DNA from: Nitrosopumilus sp.
GTDB taxonomy: Archaea; Thermoproteota; Nitrososphaeria; Nitrososphaerales; Nitrosopumilaceae
Direction: 5' to 3'
Length of the DNA stretch: 64,000 bases
NCBI GenBank assembly: GCA_965218785.1
Contig: OZ244650.1
Coordinates: 736,001-800,000, forward strand
The translations under genes were made by a program, and so were the position numbers. Each line of letters begins with the position of its first letter. The first letter of the stretch is position 1. The notes under the pieces are model-generated. The model saw nothing but the letters and a program-made list of their open reading frames with translations. It did not search any database and had not been told where the DNA came from. Below, in pieces: positions 1-8,068 of this stretch.

Positions 1-175
1 GGGCAGCTAAGCCATTTAGGCTAAGTGCTGAAAGCATCTAAGCACGAATCCTATCCCGAGACAAGTTATTCTTTCATAAGATGAAGGTCGGCAGCAGAAG
101 ACTGCGTTGATAGGAAGGTGGTGTAGATCACAAGCTTCGGCGAGTGATGAGCCAGCCTTTACTAATAGACCAACA
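1..175 (+). rRNA. rrl: 23S rRNA, 3' end (partial)
   Basis: Conserved LSU domain VI motifs GCTGAAAGCATCTAAGCACGAA, GTTGATAGG and TACTAATAGACC; 3' end approximate. Confidence 0.93.
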
Positions 176-283
176 CATCGGTTCAGCCACTTACATAGAG
201 ACATTGACACCGGCTTGGAGTAAATATCCAGGCCGTGTCTATGCACGATGATCATATATTACACGACAAATTTTTTATTTTTA

Positions 284-426
284 AAACATTGTTCCAAACA
301 TTGTTTTAAACGACATTGTTCCAAACATTGTTTTAAACGACATTGTTCTAAACATTGTTTTAAACGACATTGTTCTAAACATTGTTCTAAACGACATTGT
401 TCCAAACATTGTTCTAAACCACATTG
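284..426. repeat. Tandem repeat (VNTR), 27-bp unit of alternating 12- and 15-bp subunits
   Basis: 11 ACATTG cores at 286,298,313,325,340,352,367,379,394,406,421; consensus AAACATTGTTTTAAACGACATTGTTC(C/T). Confidence 0.95.
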
Positions 427-674
427 CCAAATTATTTGGAAAATACGGGATGCCTATCTGGAATCTATTCAGTCAAGAATCGTGCAACTCTTCAAGAGAT
501 TTTTTACTTGATGATGTTTTTCTGTCTTTTGATTGATAGAACTCTCAATATCTTTGATTTCCCCATGAGTAAGATCTTCTGCCTGCCTTGTATCTGATAT
601 GTGTCTCACAATGTTGCGCCACTACGAAATTTCAGCTGCTGAGTCTGGATCTCATGTTATCTAAAGTTATGATG

Positions 675-1118
675 TTAGGTGCAATTGACATCTTCAAGTT
701 GGATGGTCCTGCCATTTTGTATCCAGGTGGATACAACCTCCACGCAGTAAGGAATCTCAACATGTGCATAAGGATAAACCAACGTAAATCCTGGATCACC
801 TTTGGAATCAACCTCGACATGCGCTATTGGGGCATCGTCATACTCTGCATCAAACAAAAATACATCATATTTTATTGGCAGCTGGCTGTATATGGGCTCG
901 CCGGTAACTTTCTTACTGACACAATCAGGATCGCGAGATATTACATCGATGAGCAGTTTTGTATGGCCTGCATCATCAACGTCTAAAAATTCAAGTGATA
1001 TTACGGGTGATGTCACTCCATAACAGCCTCCCTCTCCTCCATATGCAGCCTCCTTCTCGAATCCGAGTATCATGATAAATGCAAAAATTGCGACAATTGG
1101 AAAAATGATTTTCAACAA
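675..1118 (-). CDS. Secreted hypothetical protein
   Basis: 147 aa; N-terminal signal/TM segment MLKIIFPIVAIFAFIMILG; acidic Cys-containing domain. Confidence 0.7.
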   Translation of the reverse strand: MLKIIFPIVAIFAFIMILGFEKEAAYGGEGGCYGVTSPVISLEFLDVDDAGHTKLLIDVISRDPDCVSKKVTGEPIYSQLPIKYDVFLFDAEYDDAPIAHVEVDSKGDPGFTLVYPYAHVEIPYCVEVVSTWIQNGRTIQLEDVNCT

Positions 1119-1168
1119 TATTTGGATGTTGATAAGATATTATAATATTGTGTTCACTGCGGTGTAAT

Positions 1169-1226
1169 GGATGTTTTCGAGAATTTGAGGGATCAGAAAA
1201 CAGATTGATATTTCTGGTTTTTACGA
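1169..1226 (+). repeat. Dispersed direct repeat copy 1, probable IS end
   Basis: 37 bp GGATGTTTTCGAGAATTTGAGGGATCAGAAAACAGAT identical to 2763-2799, similarity extends about 20 bp further; lies about 100 bp upstream of an IS630-like transposase remnant. Confidence 0.85.
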
Positions 1227-1331
1227 GACAAAAATCATGAATTTACTGATATCTATAGTTACAAGTAAATGTCTTTGAGATCATTTTTATCACACCAAAA
1301 ACTACAAGGATCACCTTTCTCCTAAAACAGC

Positions 1332-1735
1332 ATGAGATCAACCATACCTGAAGATTTCAGAAAAGCATACAAAAAAGAAATAGATCCAAAAATAAAGCCA
1401 AGAATGTTAGTGCACATGTATTATGTGTGCAACATGGCGTGCAGGAAATGACAGTATCTACTGCAATGTCCCAACCGGGTTTACCATGGTAGAACGCTTT
1501 GAAAAGGAAGGTCTTATGGCTCTTGAATCCCAAATGCAGAAGACCTGTAAAAATTCCACACAAAAACGGATCAGATAACACTCAAAACATTCATGGATGC
1601 ACCACGCCGGTGCAGCTGCAACAACTCTTGTTTGCAGACTGGGATTACACTCCACATACACATGTTAGAAAGATTATGCACAGTTACAACAACATGTCAC
1701 CAAAAAAACCAAATCCAATTCATGTAAATCGTTCA
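1332..1735 (+). pseudogene. IS630-family transposase N-terminal remnant (frameshifted)
   Basis: Fragments in shifting frames: MRSTIPEDFRKAYKKEIDPKIKPRML, VERFEKEGLMAL, PKCRRPVKIP, VRKIMHSYNNMSPKKPNPIHVNR, resembling the IS630 HTH/winged-HTH region. Confidence 0.65.
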
Positions 1736-2075
1736 AACAACATGCATATCCCACTGGACATACCGTCTAAAAAAGAAGATTCCACACCTAGAAAAGAAAG
1801 GATACCGTGTGTGTTGAAGACGAATCAATAACACCAATATGCCATTGTAACGGTATGTGATCTCATCAATGTGTATGTGATCACTCTTTTGAATCTTGGA
1901 TATGGTATCCTGTGTGTATGCTTCTAGTGTCTCTGCAACACGGTATACGGCGTTAATTGCTGTGGATTTACTAATGCGTATGCCAAACGTGTTTAATATG
2001 ATTTCAGATATAAAATCAAAAGGCACATTTGATGCGCGCAGATCCATGATCAGATCAACAACATTTTTCCGTATG
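1733..2075 (-). pseudogene. IS66-family transposase internal fragment
   Basis: ISEIILNTFGIRISKSTAINAVYRVAETL...IQKSDHIHIDEITY resembles the IS66 TnpC core leading to the first catalytic DE(T) motif; truncated. Confidence 0.7.
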
Positions 2076-2085
2076 ATCTATTTGT

Positions 2086-2478
2086 TTACGGTGCTCTATA
2101 TCTCATTTTATGCATGAGTTTGCCTATGGTCCTAGAGACATCCTGTATTATTGCCAAGATTGTTTTTGGTTCCAGATTTGATTCATAAAAATTTGAATGC
2201 AACAAACTTGCCTTTGAAAACGAATCAAATATCTCCTTATCTTTCTGCTGTTTTGCAAGTTCTCTTACATATTCACCCAGTGCTCTATGACTTTTCAATG
2301 ATTTATTTTGTTTTGCGGCAATAGTTTTAATTACACATGACATCGCACCCCACATCATCTCACTGGCTTTATGATAATCCTTGATTTTCAGATATGTCTC
2401 TGCATTGTGACTATAATGTAACACCATGGATGCAAATTTATCTGCATCATTTTTGGCCTCGTCAATTTTTTCTGACAT
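2086..2478 (-). CDS. PaREP1-family (HEPN-like) protein
   Basis: ASEMMWGA...LKSHRAL...ASLLHSNFYE motifs typical of PaREP1. Confidence 0.8.
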   Translation of the reverse strand: MSEKIDEAKNDADKFASMVLHYSHNAETYLKIKDYHKASEMMWGAMSCVIKTIAAKQNKSLKSHRALGEYVRELAKQQKDKEIFDSFSKASLLHSNFYESNLEPKTILAIIQDVSRTIGKLMHKMRYRAP

Positions 2479-2689
2479 CTATGAATCCCAAAATCTTCCC
2501 AGAAACAGCGTCAACTTTGATCTCTTTAACCTCTTCATTGAGAAAACCCACATCACATATGATGATCCATGCGTTGTCTTCCGATGTAGTCGATATCAAA
2601 CGAAATGAATCACGATATTCTTCCAAAAATGCCTTGGCTTTTTCTATGGCCTCTTTTGCATCAATATTTTGTATCACGAAAATAATCAT
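2462..2689 (-). CDS. Small PepSY-like domain protein
   Basis: 75 aa; IDAKEAIEKAK...W...EIKVDAVSGKIL PepSY-like signature; no signal peptide; overlaps PaREP1 start by 17 nt. Confidence 0.7.
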   Translation of the reverse strand: MIIFVIQNIDAKEAIEKAKAFLEEYRDSFRLISTTSEDNAWIIICDVGFLNEEVKEIKVDAVSGKILGFIDVRKN

Positions 2690-2762
2690 TTGTAAATACT
2701 ATTTATTAATTTAGATATTCTGCTCTGGGTAATTCGTGGGTGTTTTCATGGCACTGTAATTA

Positions 2763-2819
2763 GGATGTTTTCGAGAATTTGAGGGATCAGAAAACAGATC
2801 AATGTTCCTGGTTTTACGA
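2763..2819 (+). repeat. Dispersed direct repeat copy 2 (isolated IS-end-like)
   Basis: Matches 1169-1226. Confidence 0.85.
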
Positions 2820-3141
2820 TCGTATGCCTGGTAATTCCAATTCTAAAATATCACTTACACGACAAGTTACAGATGATTTGACTTTACTGCCTAGAATGAT
2901 AGTTTCAGGAATTTTGATAAATTAATAATCAGAATTCAACAATGTGACAGACAAAGTAATTCGAGATCTTACATTTTGCATCCCTGATGGTTTTGTTTGA
3001 TTTTTTTTCCTTGAAATCCACCCCTTGTTAGATGTGGCAAATCCCAGTACCATGATTTTTTAAGGATTTAGATAACATTCTAATTCTAAATCATACTTCA
3101 AATCATCCAAGGTGTCTATTTGAGAGATCCAATATGCTTTT

Positions 3142-3828
3142 CTAATGAGTGGATTTCTTTGGTAACTCCTCCTGAACTTTTAGTATGGTATCTACCGTAA
3201 ACCTGACCTTGGTTTTTATCCTATCCTTGTGGGTCAGCATGATTGCCGCAGCATCCAGAAAACTTCGCCCGCCATTTGCTACACAATCAAGAAAGACCCT
3301 TTCAATGGGATTTTCAAATGAACCCATCTTTGGAAGCAGTACAACATTGCCTTTTTTTCCCTCCCTAAACCCATGACTCTTCAAAAACTTGGAGATCTTT
3401 TCCACATCATTAACATATACATACAAGTTAAGCGGAGTTTGAAACTTTGTTAATTCGTAGGCCCTGTGATCCAGTGTTATAATGGAATCCTTTGGAAGAT
3501 GTTTTTTCATAAAGTTGACATCAGTTGATTTGTAGTGTCTTCCAAACCTTCTGGCTTTTTTGAGTGCTGTTAATGAGGGGATTATAGTTTGTAAAACCAT
3601 GTATGGTTGGGAAATTACTTCTCTTTTTATTGTAAATTTTCCACGGTTATAATCTGCCAGACCAAGCTCTTCTAGACGACCCAGCCTTCTTTTGATGGTC
3701 CTAGCAGATACGCTGACTATCGTTTCCAAATTCTTCAGATTATAGATTGGATGGGGAGGCAGCTCCTGTGCGAATCCTATTGCATCCCTTGCCTTTTCAA
3801 GTATTGTTGTGGATTCCTGTGTATTCAT
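3142..3828 (-). CDS. wHTH protein, AbiEi-like (type IV TA antitoxin-like)
   Basis: N-terminal HTH (VSVSARTIKRRLGRLEELGL); C-terminal LYVYV...GNVVLL...IERVFLDCVANGGRSFLDAA resembles AbiEi C-terminal domains. Confidence 0.55.
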   Translation of the reverse strand: MNTQESTTILEKARDAIGFAQELPPHPIYNLKNLETIVSVSARTIKRRLGRLEELGLADYNRGKFTIKREVISQPYMVLQTIIPSLTALKKARRFGRHYKSTDVNFMKKHLPKDSIITLDHRAYELTKFQTPLNLYVYVNDVEKISKFLKSHGFREGKKGNVVLLPKMGSFENPIERVFLDCVANGGRSFLDAAAIMLTHKDRIKTKVRFTVDTILKVQEELPKKSTH

Positions 3829-3991
3829 ATCGCAGTAATATGTGCAATATATTTATACTTTGGACAAATTTGTCTATTTCCATGTATAATTATATGGAAA
3901 AAAACATAGAGGTTAGTAATGCGATATCAGATTGGAGCTGCCAATCTTCATCATTTAATTTCAACAAGAAAGGTAGCCACAGAGGAATTGG

Positions 3992-4549
3992 ATGATGTTT
4001 ACTAGAAAACAAGGACTTGTAACAACTGCACTCATAATGGTGGCAGTTGGTGGAATGACTTTGGCAATGCTAGATAGTTATCCCCAAACAACCCATGTAG
4101 ACGGTCTACTTGATCCTTGGTCTATACAGGACGTTTCAGATAATTCTCAATATGTTGTAAAGGGAAGAGTAGGAGATCTCAATATCAGCATAGATAAAAA
4201 TTCTAGGGAATTTGGAGACAAACCAATCGTCTACACCGATGCTATAATTGAAATAGAGGAAGAACTAACTGGAAAATATTTGGAAGACAAGATAACTGTT
4301 AGAACAGTCGGTGGAAAAACCGATAAATATTGGACAAGCAGTTCAATATATCCGGAATTCAAACAAGGTGAAGATGTAATATTGTTTGTAGGATATGAAC
4401 CGGATTCGATAATGGGAGGCAATTATTTTGTTGCAGGATATAATCTGGGCAAATATGTGGTGCAAGATGGAAAAGCATATGGTGATGAATACAAAGATGG
4501 ATTATCTGAAAAACAGTTTCTTACAAAAATTCGACAGATAGTCAAATAA
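3992..4549 (+). CDS. Secreted/membrane-anchored hypothetical protein
   Basis: 185 aa; signal/TM segment, then S..VVKG.V...VRTVGG...FKQGEDVILF beta-rich domain. Confidence 0.75.
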   Translation: MMFTRKQGLVTTALIMVAVGGMTLAMLDSYPQTTHVDGLLDPWSIQDVSDNSQYVVKGRVGDLNISIDKNSREFGDKPIVYTDAIIEIEEELTGKYLEDKITVRTVGGKTDKYWTSSSIYPEFKQGEDVILFVGYEPDSIMGGNYFVAGYNLGKYVVQDGKAYGDEYKDGLSEKQFLTKIRQIVK

Positions 4550-4864
4550 CTTTGTATTTTATTTTCAACTTGCCAGTATACGCAAATGTGTTTTCTCTTT
4601 ACTTTCTAGTCTCTGCAAAGTAACATCCGGTTGATGCAAAACATGATCTGATTACCAAATGCACCAGAACTCATGAATTTTTCAATCTGGAGAAGATCCG
4701 TATTTCAGACCTCGACAAATTTAGTGCCAAAGAGGAAGAACTGATAAAAGACAATGAGAAACCCCGGCCACTACTTCCCAGTAAACAGATTTGAAAATAG
4801 AAAACCTAAAACAGAAAGTTAATCTGTCTCATCTGAGATGTGTCACAGGATTAGAACAAACCCG

Positions 4865-5443
4865 TCAGAGATATTTCCATGCAATCATGTTAGATGTGGT
4901 ACCATCCGCATCCCCCAGCGTATTGGTCTGAAATCCAATACTTTGCATATCCTTGGGATAAATGTCCCACTGGTGTGTCTCGTGAGTGTTTCCATATACC
5001 GTGCCCTGTGCATAGTGTCCGTATGGCATTCCTAATACGATCAGATTGGTTGTAATCCCTTCTAGTCTATCGAGCACGGCTTTGGTCTCCTCTTTATGCA
5101 GATGCTCCGGACCGTGCCAGAAAAAACAGACATCGAATTTTCCAGGCAATAATCTTGCAGCGTCTCGCACGTCCCCCTCTACTATCTTTACGTGGGGGTT
5201 GGTAAATTTTTCCTTCAGGTATCTCACATTTTCTGAAAAAATCTCCAAAACCACGACACTGTCATAATTCTTTACAAAATCTGATAAAAAATGCTGTCTT
5301 CGATGACTTGCACCCACATACAGGACGCTTTTGTACCTGTCTGAAAACAGTTCTGGAAGGCAGCCTCTTAACTGCTTGTCACGTCCATCATCATAAGTGG
5401 GGCTATCTGGAAATTCTTTTAATCCCTTTTCCTGCTTTACCAT
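4865..5443 (-). CDS. Class I SAM-dependent methyltransferase-like protein
   Basis: VLYVGA motif I, VVLEI, VEGDVRD, FDVCFFWHGPEHL. Confidence 0.75.
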   Translation of the reverse strand: MVKQEKGLKEFPDSPTYDDGRDKQLRGCLPELFSDRYKSVLYVGASHRRQHFLSDFVKNYDSVVVLEIFSENVRYLKEKFTNPHVKIVEGDVRDAARLLPGKFDVCFFWHGPEHLHKEETKAVLDRLEGITTNLIVLGMPYGHYAQGTVYGNTHETHQWDIYPKDMQSIGFQTNTLGDADGTTSNMIAWKYL

Positions 5444-5539
5444 TATTTTGTAATTCTGATTTTTTTAATTTATGTGTTTTCTAATCCCTTATGATCCCAT
5501 ATTATTATTATTATATCACAAGGGATAATATTACATAAC

Positions 5540-5655
5540 TAAAGACAACAGAGCCAAACAAATCATGGTGCCACCCGGATATTGCTTATAATTCCAGCAA
5601 GATAAATTCAGAGTGAGATCACAGGCAAATCTAGAAAAATATTACATTGTTTCCA
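5540..5655 (+). pseudogene. 5' remnant of a thaumarchaeal DDE (IS6-like) transposase
   Basis: NRAKQIM...(stop)FQQDKFRVRSQANLEKYYIVS resembles the N-terminus of these transposases; recognised from memory, short. Confidence 0.4.
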
Positions 5656-6107
5656 ATACTTAAAGTATCAAATTTTCTTTGCTCTGAAATTATGGATACT
5701 TTCAAGTCTTATGGGTAATTATTCCTATGAATTATTAAATTATTCTAAAATCCGAATAATTTTTTAATATAAAATATCGTTATTGTTATTATAGCCAGCT
5801 ATCTCGGTATAATTTATCAAAAACATTCGTTGATCCTTGTCACAAAAACGTCTGTAACTGGTTTTTGTTTGTTTGTTAAAGTATTACCAAGTAATGCTAT
5901 GATGGTATTTTGAAAGCCTTCTTCCTACATGCCGCCAGACTCAAAATATTTGATTTATTCCTCTAGTTCTATGTCCTTTTGAAGTTCTTTTGGTAATCCG
6001 ACCCACCATTCCTTTTGACTCACAGACATAACATCAATAACCTCGGGTTGTTAATAGATCTGTTGGTTAATTATTCACTGTAACTGTTAAAGAATATCTG
6101 ACAAAAT

Positions 6108-6605
6108 CTAGTCCTTTAGATATCTGATATCTGAGGTAGATTCGGTCTCCCTTATCTTCACAACTATGGTATCCCCCAGTTTATTGAATATTCTTTGACG
6201 TTTCTCATTTGTCAAAAACCAGCCCAAGACAACATCGATTGGAAGCAGTAATGCTTTTCCAAAACTGTTTATCATGATGCCCTTCAAATCGGCCTCTTCT
6301 CCGGAAATACTGACTGTTCTCAAATTGAGAATTTTTTTCCCAATTGTCTGACCTGTCTTGTATTCTAAAACCGTCCAATATACAAAAAATATGATGCTGG
6401 TTGGAACATACTGTATGATTTCAGCCCCAAAATCATCCTCTTTTTCAAACTCGTAATATGTAGTCCCAAACGATGCAATAGTTATTATTGTGAAAATAGC
6501 CGAAATTATGATAAAATCCACCAGCCAAGCAAGAAACCTGTCTGTCCATTTTGCTAAATGTATTCCTGATGATGTTTCAGAATCAACCATGCAATAACTG
6601 CACAT
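6108..6605 (-). CDS. RDD family membrane protein
   Basis: RFLAWLVD, GQTIGKKILNLR, RQRIFNKLGDTIVV. Confidence 0.92.
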   Translation of the reverse strand: MCSYCMVDSETSSGIHLAKWTDRFLAWLVDFIIISAIFTIITIASFGTTYYEFEKEDDFGAEIIQYVPTSIIFFVYWTVLEYKTGQTIGKKILNLRTVSISGEEADLKGIMINSFGKALLLPIDVVLGWFLTNEKRQRIFNKLGDTIVVKIRETESTSDIRYLKD

Positions 6606-6687
6606 TTCAGATTAATAAAACATGTTGATCACTTGTCAACATCATTTACATAACAGATAATTTATTTGTGACTAGCAACACAGATGC

Positions 6688-6819
6688 ATGAAGGCAAAAT
6701 TTGCAACATCCTGTAACTCCTGCGGTGATAAGATACAGCCTGGCAAGGAGATCTCAAAAAATAAGGACGAAAAATGGGTTCACAAGCACTGTGTCGAAGA
6801 TTCTGAAGGATTACCTTAG
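6688..6819 (+). CDS. Zn-binding microprotein (43 aa)
   Basis: Translated by hand: MKAKFATSCNSCGDKIQPGKEISKNKDEKWVHKHCVEDSEGLP; CxxC...HxxC; below the ORF-track cutoff. Confidence 0.8.
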   Translation: MKAKFATSCNSCGDKIQPGKEISKNKDEKWVHKHCVEDSEGLP

Positions 6820-6848
6820 AAATTAATAACAGTGCCATCCAAACAGAT

Positions 6849-7709
6849 TTGAAACTATTTTTGGTATCTATAAACCCCCTCGATGTGCTGCTTTGGACCT
6901 TTCGCAGAAATGAAAAAGACGTCGTGAATCTTTACACCGCGCTCTCCCCCCTGATGCAAATTGCCACAGGTGGCACCATGCTCAATTTTGGTTACTGGTC
7001 TTCAAAACACACGGATCCGATCTCTGCCCAAAATAACCTTTGCACGGTTTTTGGGGATTTGGCAGAATTATCCTCTAGCCGACATGCAGTTGATGTTGGA
7101 AGCGGGCTGTCATCCCCGTCAAAACTATGGAGGGATAATCATGACGATCTTGATCTGTATGATGTAAATATCAATTTCAAACAGCTGTCTTTTTCTGGAA
7201 GACAAAAAAACATCGGATTTCTAAACTCTACATCCACCAAACTCCCATTTGCCGATTCCTCAGTTGATCGTGTATTGGCATTGGAATCAGCACAACACTT
7301 CAAGCCTTTGGAGGATTTTATCTCCGAATCAAAAAGAATCCTGACTCCCGACGGATTACTTGCATTGGCAATTCCGATAACCATTGGCAATCCCTCGATT
7401 GGAAAGTTGGGACTCTTGAAATTTACCTGGTCTTCTGAACACTACAGCATGGATTATCTGCGGAATCTGATTTTATCTGCAGGGTTTTTGATATCTGATG
7501 AAAAATTAATTGGTCCGAACGTATATGATCCCCTTGCTGATTACTATATCCGAAACAGACCACAATTAAAAGAGTCAATCCTGAGGAATTATCCCAGTTA
7601 TGTTGAAAACCTCCTCTTCAAATCAATTCAAAAAATGAAAAAAGCATCACAAGAAAAAGTTATTGACTATGCGTTATTAAAATGCAGACTCGTAAAGAAC
7701 ACATCCTGA
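6849..7709 (+). CDS. Class I SAM-dependent methyltransferase (sterol/tocopherol C-methyltransferase-like)
   Basis: MLNFGYW, VDVGSG, LPFADSSVDRVLALESAQHF, RILTPDG. Confidence 0.88.
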   Translation: MKLFLVSINPLDVLLWTFRRNEKDVVNLYTALSPLMQIATGGTMLNFGYWSSKHTDPISAQNNLCTVFGDLAELSSSRHAVDVGSGLSSPSKLWRDNHDDLDLYDVNINFKQLSFSGRQKNIGFLNSTSTKLPFADSSVDRVLALESAQHFKPLEDFISESKRILTPDGLLALAIPITIGNPSIGKLGLLKFTWSSEHYSMDYLRNLILSAGFLISDEKLIGPNVYDPLADYYIRNRPQLKESILRNYPSYVENLLFKSIQKMKKASQEKVIDYALLKCRLVKNTS

Positions 7710-8068
7710 TGTCGTGCGGTAAATCATAACTAAAGAAATATGGAATGCTGTCGCACCTGACAGATGATACCATTTACCATATACCTGGAATAACCCTGTT
7801 TCCTATCCTCTCCGAATCCGGCGCTAAAATCATGCCTTTTCAGAATCATCAATCGTATTACATCCCAAAAATACATCTGTTACCATCAAAACCAAATGAA
7901 CCTGCAGACATTGAAAATACGTATCTTATCACAAGTGTCGTTTCTGTAGTTATCTCTTGATATCCTCATTTTATGCCCAAATCTCTGGGTGCCTTGGGAA
8001 GGATTTAGCCTAAATCTGCGTATCATTGAATCCATATATTTAAAAAATCCAAAAACAACTACATTTTA

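Noticed and set aside
16-255. 79-aa minus-strand ORF
   Set aside because: It is antisense to the 23S rRNA 3' end and trailer.
284-426. Possible CRISPR array
   Set aside because: The units are contiguous with no unique spacers, so this is a tandem repeat.
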